From Rhynchobatus australiae (lineage: Eukaryota): 64,000 nt of DNA. The stretch lies in the NCBI GenBank assembly GCA_034780895.1, contig JAUZTB010000107.1:78322090-78386089 (forward strand), in the 5' to 3' direction. The first letter of the stretch is position 1; the number at the start of each line of letters is the position of its first letter. Below, piece after piece: positions 40,301-50,690 of the stretch. Below the pieces are notes generated by a model, which had not been told where the DNA came from, ran no database searches, and was given only the letters and a program-made list of their open reading frames with translations. Position numbers and translations under genes: made by a program.

Positions 40301-42538
40301 TACCTGTCTCTCTCCAATACAGGTTAGGAATGGGTATAATATTTGCTCTTTTAGTTTTTTGGACTCCTATGGTAAAAGAGGGTACAGAGTTTCCTGTGTA
40401 TTATTATGGAGTCCTGCTGTTCAGTTATGCCTTGCATCAGGTGAGTGAGTGCATTGGATAAGTTTAGTAGATTGCATTAAAATCATCTTTTCTAATATGT
40501 TGAGATGCAATTTTGAAAAGGGCTAATTATGCTTTCTGAATTCTCAAGGAACAGAACTAAAACATGCTTTTGAACAGGCATTTATAATGTGCAGCAAACT
40601 GACTTCTGAGTTCCAAACCTTCGGTCAACACCTTCCTTTCTTGTTAATTTTGAGATGGTTGCTAACATGAGGATATTTTTTCTTAAAAAGAGATTAAACT
40701 GAATTCTAAACAGGAAATAAGGACTGCAGTTTGTTTCCTGTTAGTCTCATGATATTAAGAGTTATTTGCAGCTGATAGCCAGAATTGTACAGTATGTGCA
40801 CACACAGGCTTGATTTCCTTTATTTCAGGTTCTCTTTCTCTTAGGTCATTCCCCTGGGCCAAAGATAACTTGCTTCCACTCCAATTTTGGGGATTCTGTG
40901 GTGGCCAGTATGGGATTTTTTTTCTAAGTCTGGTAATAGCAACATAGTGTATTTGCATCACTGCACTAATAATTAGTGCCTTACTATCCTCCTTATTGAG
41001 GTCTGATTCAAAATGTGTTTAAAATGAATTGATTCAATAAAGAACTGATCATCTTAATGAGTATAGTCTTTCATATCACTTAGTTCGGGTAAAGGTGCCA
41101 CATAGCCAGACATTTGTGACAGCACAGTGATTATACACTAATTAAAGCTAGTTTAGGACTGATGAAAGTCAAGGTTTGATCGATTTTGAATCATATAGGA
41201 GAAATCACCTTGAACACACACCAAAGAAAATTTAAAAAGGTGTAGCTGCTCATCTGTCAGCTAAATAGTGTCATCAAATAGTAACTTGAAGTCAGTTGCT
41301 TCATGCTTGCTTTTGGGTTAAAAGATGAGAGCATGGAGGAAAAGAACTTCACAAATAGATATAAAAGGCTGGGGAGCAAAATCACCCTATGATTAAAAAT
41401 GCATTGGGTCTTGGGTAATTATGGTGACATAGAGATTTTTAAATGATTGTTACATATCATTGAAGTGATGTCCCAGATATTTGTTGTATGTTGTTGCATA
41501 GATTAGATAGTTGAGACATTCTAAGCTAGATAAAGTATCAGACAGACTACACTGGGTAGCTTGATAAATTGTTTCTCAAATTATGATTTAGAAGATCTCC
41601 ATTAATTGAAAACAGCCACGTACTTATTGTTTCACCTTCTAAATTATTCCAAGATTTTCATGTCCACTATTCTGCATAAAAACCCTTTCCAAGTGTTGAT
41701 CATTTTCCCTGAAAAGCAGAATTTCCTGATATTGGACCTAAATTTGCCTTTTAAATCCTTTGTGTAATGTTTCACATTTGCATCAGATTTTGGCTACCCT
41801 TATTTGATCTCTTCACATTTTATTCAGGCACTTTTATCCTCTTGTATTTTGTGTCCAAAGTCTGGCATTGTTTGTGAATGTCACCAGTTTGTGAATCTTA
41901 AATCTGATTAAATTAGAGAAGTAGTAATTTTGACATACATATCCAAATAAAGATATTTGAGCACAGTTGAATCTTTTCCAAAATGTACTGTAAATGAGCA
42001 TAATTTGAATATTGAGTTCATTATAGATTGTTGTTTATCTTTAAAAGGCCATTTTCTCCGCATTGCATTACCTTGACTATTTGTCAACTGTATTAACTTT
42101 TAAATATTCTCCACTTTCAGGTGGCTGTGTATAGCATGTATGTTGCTATTATGGCATTTAATGCTAAGATTAGTGATCCTTCGATTGGAGGAACATACAT
42201 GACTTTATTAAATACCATCTCTAATCTTGCTGGAAACTGGCCAGCTACTGTAGCTCTTTGGTTGGTGGATCCACTCACTGTCAAGAAGTGTTTAGGTGTA
42301 CCTGAACGAAGCTGTAGATCAGCAGTAGATTCTGAGGTGAGTTTTCATTTACTAAAGGTAAAAATGTATGATCTGTAGTATTGTATGTGTGAGTGCTTTT
42401 CATGCTTGAACACAACATATCAGATCTCTGTTGGATTAAAATTAAAACATTCTTTTTCCCTTTTTTGTCCCCATACAGCTTTGTGTTAAATCTGGTGGAT
42501 CTTGTTCAACGATAACTGATCCCACATCAACTCAATAA
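24569..42538 (+). CDS. SLC33A1: Acetyl-coenzyme A transporter 1 (AT-1, MFS), multi-exon: 24569-25316, 31379-31572, 36509-36693, 40323-40440, 42121-42336, 42479-(42520, then divergent sequence/gap)
   Basis: LLFLYVLQGIPLG...WPFSLKLLWAPLVD...FGRRKSWLVPTQY...AATQDIAVDGWALTML...ISDPSIGGTYMTLLNT are SLC33A1 signature motifs. GT-AG introns, consistent phases, head-to-head with GMPS as in other vertebrates. Confidence 0.96.
26190..27620 (+). mobile_element. Old degraded CR1-type LINE with nested Penelope-type fragments (about 26620-26720 and 27358-27480)
   Basis: GGCAAGTCATGCCTGACAAATTTG (GKSCLTNL) and later CR1 ORF2 remnants, interrupted by CTGGAGGAACTCAG-type arm sequence. Confidence 0.55.
28250..29325 (+). 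mobile_element. CR1-type LINE, RT C-terminal half to 3' tail, pseudogenised
   Basis: FSDWKDVTDGMPPRLALGPQLFTIYLHEM...EFADNMKIVG (SGVPQGSVLGP and FADD motifs, decayed); CR1 3' end GTGGCCTGCTCC...TATTCTGTTGTGTTC. Confidence 0.85.
30480..31050 (+). mobile_element. Degraded CR1-type LINE 3' fragment
   Basis: Similar to the 3' portions of the other CR1 copies in the window. Confidence 0.5.
31379..31572 (+). CDS. SLC33A1: SLC33A1 coding exon 2 (194 nt)
   Basis: DFLFFWGIVFLVTTTLVMVLKKE...IKETYKSLICIIRMPAILNFCILLLTSK; TTTTAG acceptor, GTAAGA donor. Confidence 0.95.
32610..34450 (-). mobile_element. Old non-LTR retrotransposon fragments (L2/RTE-X-like clade, not resolved)
   Basis: ...GATGGTACACATTG...TTGCCTTGTGCATGGTGGAAAGGCTTTGGGAAGTCAAG... 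resembles a common elasmobranch LINE RT region; no intact ORF. Confidence 0.4.
36509..36693 (+). CDS. SLC33A1: SLC33A1 coding exon 3 (185 nt)
   Basis: IGFSAADEVTGLKLIEMGVPKEQLAILAVPMVPLQILLPLAISKYTAGHKPLNVFYWAMPFR; CAG acceptor, GTAATG donor. Confidence 0.95.
36860..37115 (+). mobile_element. Rex1-like LINE fragments flanking a gap
   Basis: ILTYSITAWYA motif before the gap; ACAATGACAAATAAAG tail after it. Confidence 0.55.
38430..40150. mobile_element. Cluster of nested CR1-type LINE fragments: minus 38430-39045, plus 39046-39172, minus 39173-39795, plus 39800-40150
   Basis: VNLLNSLPQRAVVAKSLGIFKVEVDKFL (CR1 ORF2 C-terminus) on the minus strand; plus-strand LERVQRRFTR...LEKRR is interrupted and resumes at YKIIRGIDRV. 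Confidence 0.8.
40323..40440 (+). CDS. SLC33A1: SLC33A1 coding exon 4 (118 nt)
   Basis: LGMGIIFALLVFWTPMVKEGTEFPVYYYGVLLFSYALHQ; CAG acceptor, GTGAGT donor. Confidence 0.95.
40845..40920 (-). mobile_element. RTE-type LINE 3'-end fragment
   Basis: Homologous to 49296-49390 (TTGCTTCCACTC...TTTTG.GG.TTCTG.GGTG). Confidence 0.55.
42121..42336 (+). CDS. SLC33A1: SLC33A1 coding exon 5 (216 nt)
   Basis: VAVYSMYVAIMAFNAKISDPSIGGTYMTLLNTISNLAGNWPATVALWLVDPLTVKKC...DSE; CAG acceptor, GTGAGT donor. Confidence 0.96.
42479..42538 (+). CDS. SLC33A1: SLC33A1 last coding exon, partial (homology ends at 42520; apparent TAA at 42536-42538; N gap follows)
   Basis: Polypyrimidine-CAG acceptor, then LCVKSGGSCSTITD (compare mammalian LCKKLGGSCVTALD), then the non-homologous PTSTQ*. 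Confidence 0.8.
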   Translation, partial: LCVKSGGSCSTITDPTSTQ

Positions 42539-43779
42539 GATGTTCTCACCACCCNNNNNNNNNNNNNNNNNNNNNNNNNNNNNNNNNNNNNNNNNNNNNN
42601 NNNNNNNNNNNNNNNNNNNNNNNNNNNNNNNNNNNNNNNNNNNNNNNNNNNNNNNNNNNNNNNNNNNNNNNNNNNNNNNNNNNNNNNNNNNNNNNNNNNN
42701 NNNNNNNNNNNNNNNNNNNNNNNNNNNNNNNNNNNNNNNNNNNNNNNNNNNNNNNNNNNNNNNNNNNNNNNGTTGCCCTATGCTACAGTTGGTGATGATA
42801 TGTATAGCACTAATTTTAATTAGGCTTCTTTTGTTATGCTTAAGAGTTAAAAATTATCTCGAACATGTTGTGCAACAACATTCACCACATAGATAGCAAT
42901 CAAGTTGCATTATTTCAGGTGTCATGTAAGATGAATTTAAAAAGTGGCTCTAAACCAAATTGCATGCCTGTTACAGAAATTAGGTGAAACACTTTGCAAG
43001 ATTACTGCTCCTCCACTGAAAGCAAATCATTTCTGTTTCACAGAACAATTATTTAAGAGCACATTTGGTCAAGTATATCCCAGTAATTATACTATTTAAT
43101 TGCAACAATGGCTAAATTTTGAATTGCAAATTCATATAAACATTTTAGGTCTATTTACATTAAAGATACTACTGTGTTAAATGTTTACCCTTCACATAAT
43201 ATTGCAGTAGTATATCAGTGAAACTCTAGCACACAATTTGGGCTTAACTTGATAGTGGAGTAAAGTGGAGAGACTCCTTTCTCTAAGAGTCATTCTAAAC
43301 TAAAATTGCCATGTTTTGATGCTTGTATCATACATACCCTCTTTATTTTTGTTTTTCCCCGGGGGTGGGGGGGAAGGAATGTCAATTCAGCAAGATAAGT
43401 GCACACTATTTCAACTAATTTGAATTTTATAATACGAAATAAACTGGGGGCAAACTTGGATGACATCGGAGGAAAAGAAAATGCAATAGATGCTCAGCAG
43501 GTCACAGAGTCTGTGAAAAGAGAAACAAGTCCTTTGACAAATATCTAAGGAGCAAAATAAAAGCTTATAAATTGTACACTAAATGGATTCCATTGGAAAA
43601 GGCGACATCTGTCTATAGTCCTTCTGGTTATTTTAATTTCCATAAAGCCATTTTTAATACAATTCAAATGAAGACAAGATTGCAACAGTGAATCACCCTT
43701 ATTCTTTTAACTAAAGCATCTGTGATTTCATTATTGGTAATCAATTCAATCCAAAGATTGTGATTCAACTACCTGTCCA

Positions 43780-44125
43780 GGATTTGAACACCATAATCTA
43801 GGCTAACAAGTGCTTGCATCAGTGGAGATACCATCTTTTACATGAGATGTTAAACCAAGACACCATCCACTTTTTAGGTGGTTATGAAAAATAGGTGATT
43901 GGGATCATTTGAAGTAGAGTATGAAGTTCTGATGTTCAAGGCAACATTCTTCATCAAGAGCTCCATGAAAAGATGAAGTGTTCATTCAACATATTGGCTG
44001 TTTATGGAATATTCCTATGTTAAAATTAGCTCCTTTTATTTGGTAGCATAAATTTTAAAAAATTATTAAATATGAATTGTTCTGTGGCATTCTGATATGA
44101 TGAAACATTATTTAAATCCAAGTTA
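43780..44125 (+). mobile_element. Ancient Deu-domain SINE (SacSINE1-like), degraded
   Basis: ATAATCTAGGCT...TGAGATGTTAAACCAAGA...AGGTGG...ATTTGAAG.AGAG motifs; reverse-complement similarity to 58610-59045. Confidence 0.55.
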
Positions 44126-45029
44126 TATTTTTGAAAACTTTACACAAGCATAACAGCAGAAATATTTGGCCATCAGAGTTTAATATGAAACTTAGTGACA
44201 GAAATCTACTTGTATTTAAAAGACCTTTTGAATGATTTATGATGATTTCCACATTGTGATTTGCTTTACTTAAATCATAAAAACAAATCTTAAAACTTAA
44301 ATTATTCTATTCATTAATCTGATTTGCATTTTGTTCTAGTTATCATCACATCTGGTTTATAATTTTAATTTTTTGTAATTTTTCTACCGGAATTGTAAAC
44401 TCTTCAGACTTTTCCTATAGTCTGCAATATTTGTTGCTTCAAAGAGAATTTCAGTGTTAAATAACATGGATTTGAAATTAATATCTACATGGCTCCAGGT
44501 GGTGTATTACTTTCCCAAAGTCACTCAAAATTCTTTATGGAAGGAGAAAACCTCTTCTTTTGTTACCAATTTCCATCTTGTTGGTGAAATTTCAATTATC
44601 CAAAATAGATATAATGTAATCTTGTGCATATTTTATGGGACTGAATTGGGTTTCAGTCTCTCCCAAATCCTATATTTGGAAAATATGTTTACCCAGAACT
44701 GTGAGCTGACTGGAAATTGTGAATATTGAGTTTATTTATCATGTACTAAATAACCTATGATGCATTGACATATTTAGTTGTTTCAATAGTTTAAGTACTT
44801 TTCTTTTGAACTCTAGTAATTTTGAAAGTTAGTTAACAAAGTCTAACTTTCACAACCAATTATAGGCCAACTGTGAGAAACTTAAAAGTTTTTCCAGGTT
44901 AAATTCATTTGATGTTCTTTAAATATAAAGACTATTGTGTGTGAAAGCAGTGACCAATAGCCAAACATCTCCACATCCTGATTTCAAATTTAAGTTGTGT
45001 TTTGAAAATAGATTGACCACATTGTTATT

Positions 45030-45179
45030 ACTGGTATTGGTTTATTATTGTCATTTGTATCAAGGTACTGTGAAAATCTTGTCTTGCACACCGATCATAT
45101 AGGTCAATTCATTACACAGTGCAGTTACATTGAGTTAGTACAGAGTGCATTGATGTAGTACGGGTAAAAACAATAACAG
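45030..45179 (-). mobile_element. Rex1-like LINE 3' tail
   Basis: Near-identical to 47835-47987 (TGGTATTGGTTTATTATTG...CAATTCATTACACAGTGCAGTTACATTGAGTTAGTACAGAGTGCATTG). Confidence 0.75.
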
Positions 45180-45279
45180 NNNNNNNNNNNNNNNNNNNNN
45201 NNNNNNNNNNNNNNNNNNNNNNNNNNNNNNNNNNNNNNNNNNNNNNNNNNNNNNNNNNNNNNNNNNNNNNNNNNNNNNN

Positions 45280-45575
45280 TCTTTCCACCTAGATTAGGAG
45301 AGATAAGTACAAGAGGACATGGCTTTAGAGTGAAAGGGGAAAGGTTTAGGGGGAACTTCACTCAGAGTGGTGTGAGTGTGGAATGGGCTGCCATCTGATG
45401 TAGTAAATGTGGGCTCACTCTTGACTTGAGAATAAATTGGATAGATGCATGGACGGGAGAGGTCTGGAGGATTATAGACTGGGGTTAGGTAAATGGCATT
45501 AGCAGAATAAAGTTTCGGCACAGACTAAAGGGCCAAATGGCCTGTTTTGTGTGCTGTAGTGTTCTATGGTTCTAC
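45280..45575 (+). mobile_element. CR1 (HER1-like) LINE 3' end
   Basis: RTRGHGFRVKGERF-like coding remnant and the tail GGGCCAAATGGCCTGTTT.GTGTGCTGTAGTGTTCTATGGTTCTA. Confidence 0.8.
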
Positions 45576-46319
45576 AATAGTGTTGTACACAACCAACTCA
45601 ATTACTGTTACATAATCTTTCCATGGTGCGAAGCATTTCCAGATAAGACTGGAACAGACTCAGTCCAGAAAACTAATAAAATTCCCTAGCAAAGTGTTGC
45701 ATCAGACCCAAAGATTTAACTATAGCTCTGATTGGAGCAATATTGCATAAAATTCAATAACAGGTTTGACCTTGACTCTGAATTATGGATTTTTAATGAA
45801 TAATTGAATTATTCTCTTTTTCTTTCTTGTAGTTAGTTCATAGATGCAGCGCCCTGCTCCATTTTCTCTCCAGACAGAAACGCTTCCTAGCTGCAAGTGT
45901 GATCCAGTTCTCCACACAGCATGTATCCCTTCGTTTAGCCTGGGTTCTCCAAAATATAAAACAGGTAAGAAATGGTGACTCTGGATGTTGATTTGTGCTG
46001 AGAGGACTCCAAGCAACAATGTTATGCGAGATTGAGAATGTACTTTGAAGTAGATCATCTTTAAAATTGAAAGTCCAAGACAAGGAATCAAAAGGTTATG
46101 CATGATAGGTTTTGATTCCCTGATCTGAATTTTAAGTTTTAAAGATGATTTACATCAGTTTTCAAAATAGAAGCAAAACATAATATTATGATCAAATATT
46201 AATATAAATAATTTTCATTTCTATCAAGTCATTAGGATATTCCAAAGTTCTTTATAGGCAGCGAAGTAGTTTTGATGGGTTATCACTTCAAGAACTGCTG
46301 AAAATTACATGGGTGCTTC

Positions 46320-46800
46320 CAAGCCATAAGACGTAGAAGCAAGAGTGGGCCATGTGTTCCCTTGTGCCAGCTCTGCTGTTCAATAACATTGTGACTAATA
46401 TTTTACATCTGCCACTTTTCTGCATAAACCCCATCCCTTCCTTCTCTTGATATCAAAAGTTCTTAATATATTGTGCCTACAGAGTTTTCAGGTGGGGAAT
46501 TCCAAAGGTTCACTGCTTTTCCGGTGAAGTTTCTTCCAATTTCAGTCCTGAGTAGTTGATCCCTTATTTTTAAGTCATTGTCCCTGGCACCTGAGCCAGG
46601 GAAAATGTATGGTTTTGTAAACCTGAGAGTACTTGCTTAATGTCTCCTCTGCAAACACTCCGTGGTAGGAATCAATCTGGCGAATCTTCTTTACCTTTCC
46701 TCAAAAGCAAGTGTATCCTTGGGCAGGGACGCGATATTCTCGATGCAGTCTTACCGGGGCTCCTTATTTCCACTTTGTCTGATATTAGCAGACTTTCATT
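46320..46800 (-). mobile_element. Degraded CR1-type LINE 3' fragment
   Basis: CCATAAGACGTAGAAGCAAGAG..GGCC tail on the reverse strand, then GAATTCCAAAGGTTCAC. Confidence 0.55.
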
Positions 46801-47834
46801 TCGGTATGTTCAAGTATTGCATTGTTATTTATTGAATGCAGACAGTAACACGTTCCATTTCCTTATTCCACCACAAATTGTCACTCTATTGCTGCAACTT
46901 CCTTCCTTTTGGGCTGTGATCGATCTGACCAAAGTTCAGTCCATTTGGTAGATGGATAGTTTGTATTCTTTTAAACTCCTAGGTTATTCCAATATTCCCT
47001 TGGAATTTTATGAAGATGAACACCATTTCACTACCACAGTTTTATATTCCTATTCCATGAGCAAATCATACAAGCATTCTGTGGAGATTCTTCTGTAATG
47101 TGTAGGATGGTGCAGCCTTAACTGATCTATAAATCTGCTCATGAATGTTCCCCAGATTAACTTGAAATTTCTTCTAACCCTCTGTCTAGCCTCTTCGGGT
47201 ACTGGCCTTCTGTGTGCATCCTGACCTTCGGACTCCTCTGGCAGCCATTATACTAACCCTCTTTGGAATTTTTTTTTTGGTCACTTCCATCATACTACTT
47301 GTTGCTATTTCTAAAACCATCCACAACTTTGGCACAGCTTTGTGGGCCGAAGGACCTGAATTGTGCCATTTTTTCCTATGTTTTCTAAAACTAATCTCTC
47401 TGACAAATGACAGTCTACTTCCCCCAACAGTTCCTTTCCAAAGGAATTTGTTTCTCCAATCAAACTGGAAGCCTTTGTATTTTAATTTATTGGATGTGTA
47501 AGAAAGAGGGGAAAGGTGAAACATGAAGAAATAGTTGGAGAAACAGAAATAGTTGGATGGAAACCACTCATGATATTTAGAGCCACCTTGAATTGAATGG
47601 AGAAATTGTTAGGACTGTTTTTGCTCACCGGTTATGCTGTGGATAAAACTAGAACAATTTAAGATGGTGCTAAACATATAAAGGCATCAATCTCAATATA
47701 AAAAGGAATTGCAACCAAGTTTAGTCAATTTCTTTGATATGAAACTGATTCACTTAGGTTGTTAGGAAGTGAAAATGGTGTTTCCTTTTTAAAAATCTGT
47801 TGCAGTAGAAAAAAAATCACTGACTAGTTTTGTA

Positions 47835-48217
47835 ATATTGGTATTGGTTTATTATTGCCACTTGTACCGAGGTACAGTGAAAAATTTGTCTTGCATACCG
47901 ATCGTACATGTCAATTCATTACACAGTGCAGTTACATTGAGTTAGTACAGAGTGCATTGATGTAGTACGGGTAAAAACAATAACAGTAAAGAGTAAAGTG
48001 TCACAGCTACAGAGAAAGTTCAGTGCAATAAGGTGTGAGGTTTATAGTCCATCTCATTGTATAAGGGAACCGTTCAATAGTCTTATCACAGTGTGGTAGA
48101 AGCTGTCCTTAAGTCTGGTGGTACGTGCCCTCAAGTTCCTGTATCTTCTACCCGATGGAAGAGGAGAGAAGAGAGAATGACTTGGGTGCGTGGGGTCTTT
48201 GATTATGCTGGCTGCTC
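47835..48217 (-). mobile_element. Rex1/Babar LINE 3' end
   Basis: Same family as 20550-20940; the minus strand encodes SIIKDPTHPSHSLFSPLPSGRRYRNLR. Confidence 0.85.
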
Positions 48218-48234
48218 ATTGAGCATTATATTGA

Positions 48235-48520
48235 GAATTATACAGCTCTGAAAATAAGCCCTTTGGCTTTTGGACTGTGCTGACCCAGCACATTAATTCC
48301 ATTTTCATTTGCATCAACTTCTATGCCCCCTCCCACCTAATTCTCTTGCTACTTACCTACACTTAGGGCAATTTACGGTTGCCAATTGGTATGTGGGAGG
48401 AAACCAGAGCACCTGGAGGAAGACCATATTGTCACAGGAAAATCAAGCAAACAGGCAACACCTAAGGCCAGGATTGATGCCTATCTCTGGAGCCAAGTGG
48501 CTGCAATGCTAGCCACCTAG
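48235..48520 (-). mobile_element. HE1/V-SINE-like SINE
   Basis: CACTTAGGGCAATTTAC...TGTGGGAGGAAACCAGAGCACCTGGAGGAAGACC is the reverse complement of the V-domain. Confidence 0.7.
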
Positions 48521-49295
48521 CCGGGTTGTTTCAAAATTTAACAACTGCCAGAGAATGAATATCAGTTTTTCACTTTGCTCGCTGATGTGAGATCTTCCTT
48601 CCATTAAATTTAAGTAGATGGCAGATTGAGGGAAATTTAGCACAGAATCATTTGTGTTTTTGAGTTTCAAGGAAAAGGTTAACTTGGTTGTGAAGGAAAA
48701 CAAATCTGAAATTTTCAGCAAGATCTTTCTAATTCCAAACAATTCCCCAGTCTCAAATCACTATCGATTCTATTTGGTTGTGACTTGCTTTGTCTTTAGC
48801 TCTTAAAGTATCAGTCCTAGGTATTTTTGTGATCAGAAGCAAATACATTTGTCTAACCATGCAAGAAATATATACTTGTCTCTGCTCCATTTTACCACAT
48901 TTAAAACGTTTTTATGTTGTGAAGTATTGGAGAGTAAGTATTTAATTTGTCCACTAGCAGAAAAAATATATTTTTTTATTTTTATACATTGATCTTAGTT
49001 TTTAAGCAATTTTTATTTAATTATAAAGTGTTTATTTTATTGTTATTTCTGACCATCTCCTTCTGAGCAGTTACAGGCAATAAAATTCATGTTTCCAAAT
49101 TTCTGGTTCACTAATTAATGAATAGCAGGCAAGGCAGGAAGTTTTAATGATTTTATCATTGGCACAGTCAGGCTTGTATAGGTTTCATGCTTGTAGATGT
49201 TAGAACATAGAGGAATCCTTGAAAATGCAGCTGCCAGATTAAATTTAGTGTATTCAGTAACACAATGTTTTATGCTGTATTCAGTTATTAATTCA

Positions 49296-50130
49296 CTGGC
49301 ATCTTCCCATGGGATTGAGGATGCCTTGCTTCCACTCAGGTTTTGTGGGTTCTGAGGTGACTGATGAGTTAATGTGGGATCCTGACTCTTCCACAGATGG
49401 GCAGTTTGTGAGGTGCTGCACTCCTGTGCCATTTACGCAGGGCTTCTGTGTGCTTTCAATGCATGAATTTGAAGTGCTCAATACCATCTTAAATGATCTT
49501 TCTCCACTTTGAGCAGTCATGGGCCAAGAACACTCAAGAGTCGATAGGGATGTTACATTTTCTCAAGAGAGCACAGCCTTGAATCTTTTTCTGTGTGCAT
49601 AATGGTCTCTTCCATGACAGAGCTCTGAATAGTGTCTATTTTGGGGATCTATTATTGGATATGCAAATGAGGTGGTCTGCTCAGAGGAGCAGGCTTCAAT
49701 GCTGTGAATGCTGGCCTGGAAGAGGATGCTAACATTGGTTTGCTAAACCTTCCAGGATTTTGTAGAGACAGCAGTGGTGATATCTTTCAAATGCCTTGAG
49801 GGATCTGTTATATGTCGTCCAGATTATCAGAAGTGGAGAGGAGGGCAGGGATCACAGCTGCTGAGCAGATCATAAGTTTTGTGCTGTGTCTCAGGTTTTT
49901 ATTATCAAACACCCTTTTTCCTCAGGGACCAAAGGCTGTGTTACTATGATGACATTCACTGTGTTGAAGACTAGTGAATTTCATCATCAATGTCCACCTG
50001 CGCCAAATGGTAGCTGCCAAGAATATGGGAAGTGGTCCACATTTACCTGTGTGTTGGAGGGCAATATTGTGCAGAGGGGGTAGGTTGGTAGAGAACCTTG
50101 CTCATTTAGGTGTTGAGCACAAGGCTTGTA
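49296..50130 (-). mobile_element. RTE-clade LINE 3' portion, degraded
   Basis: The minus strand gives a decayed C-terminal C2H2-like motif (CPICG...SHI..ISHLRTH) and RTE RT C-terminal remnants. Confidence 0.6.
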
Positions 50131-50574
50131 CCAGTTAGCATGAAAACCTTATCTTTTCCTCTAAACCCTGCCAATATGAATCTATCAATTTGGTGTTGTA
50201 CACTGCTTCATCATTTCATTCATTTATTAGAAGTTGCTTGGTGATGTGCCTGCTATTCTAATTTATGAACTTACCAAGGTATTCTGCTATTTTTTTTGTT
50301 TACTAGTTAAATTAATTTATTACTTCATTATTACATGTTTCAATATTTTATTTGCTGGTCCCTTTTCCATTAATTGCTGGTGCTTGCTTCTATACTAATT
50401 TTTTGAACCAGTTATGAGCAGTAATTGATCAATCCATGATCACAAGATAAGGGAGCAGAAGAAGGCCATTGGGCNNNNNNNNNNNNNNNNNNNNNNNNNN
50501 NNNNNNNNNNNNNNNNNNNNNNNNNNNNNNNNNNNNNNNNNNNNNNNNNNNNNNNNNNNNNNNNNNNNNNNNNN

Positions 50575-50690
50575 TCATCGAGCTGCTGCTCCAGGCTCCC
50601 AACACATTCCTTGAGGAGCCGCATCTTGGTGCACCTTGTGCAGATGTAGTTATCTGGGAGGCTGGTAGTCTCCCAGGGTCCCCACAAGAT
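50575..50690 (-). mobile_element. CR1 ORF1 fragment (Zn finger plus leucine zipper)
   Basis: WETTSLPDNYICTRCTKMRLLKECVGSLEQQLD. Confidence 0.65.

Noticed and set aside
42518-42521. GATC at the SLC33A1 homology breakpoint as a Hi-C ligation chimera
   Set aside because: The expected native sequence (GAT GGN) would not be a GATC site and there is no GATCGATC junction, so this specific mechanism is not supported
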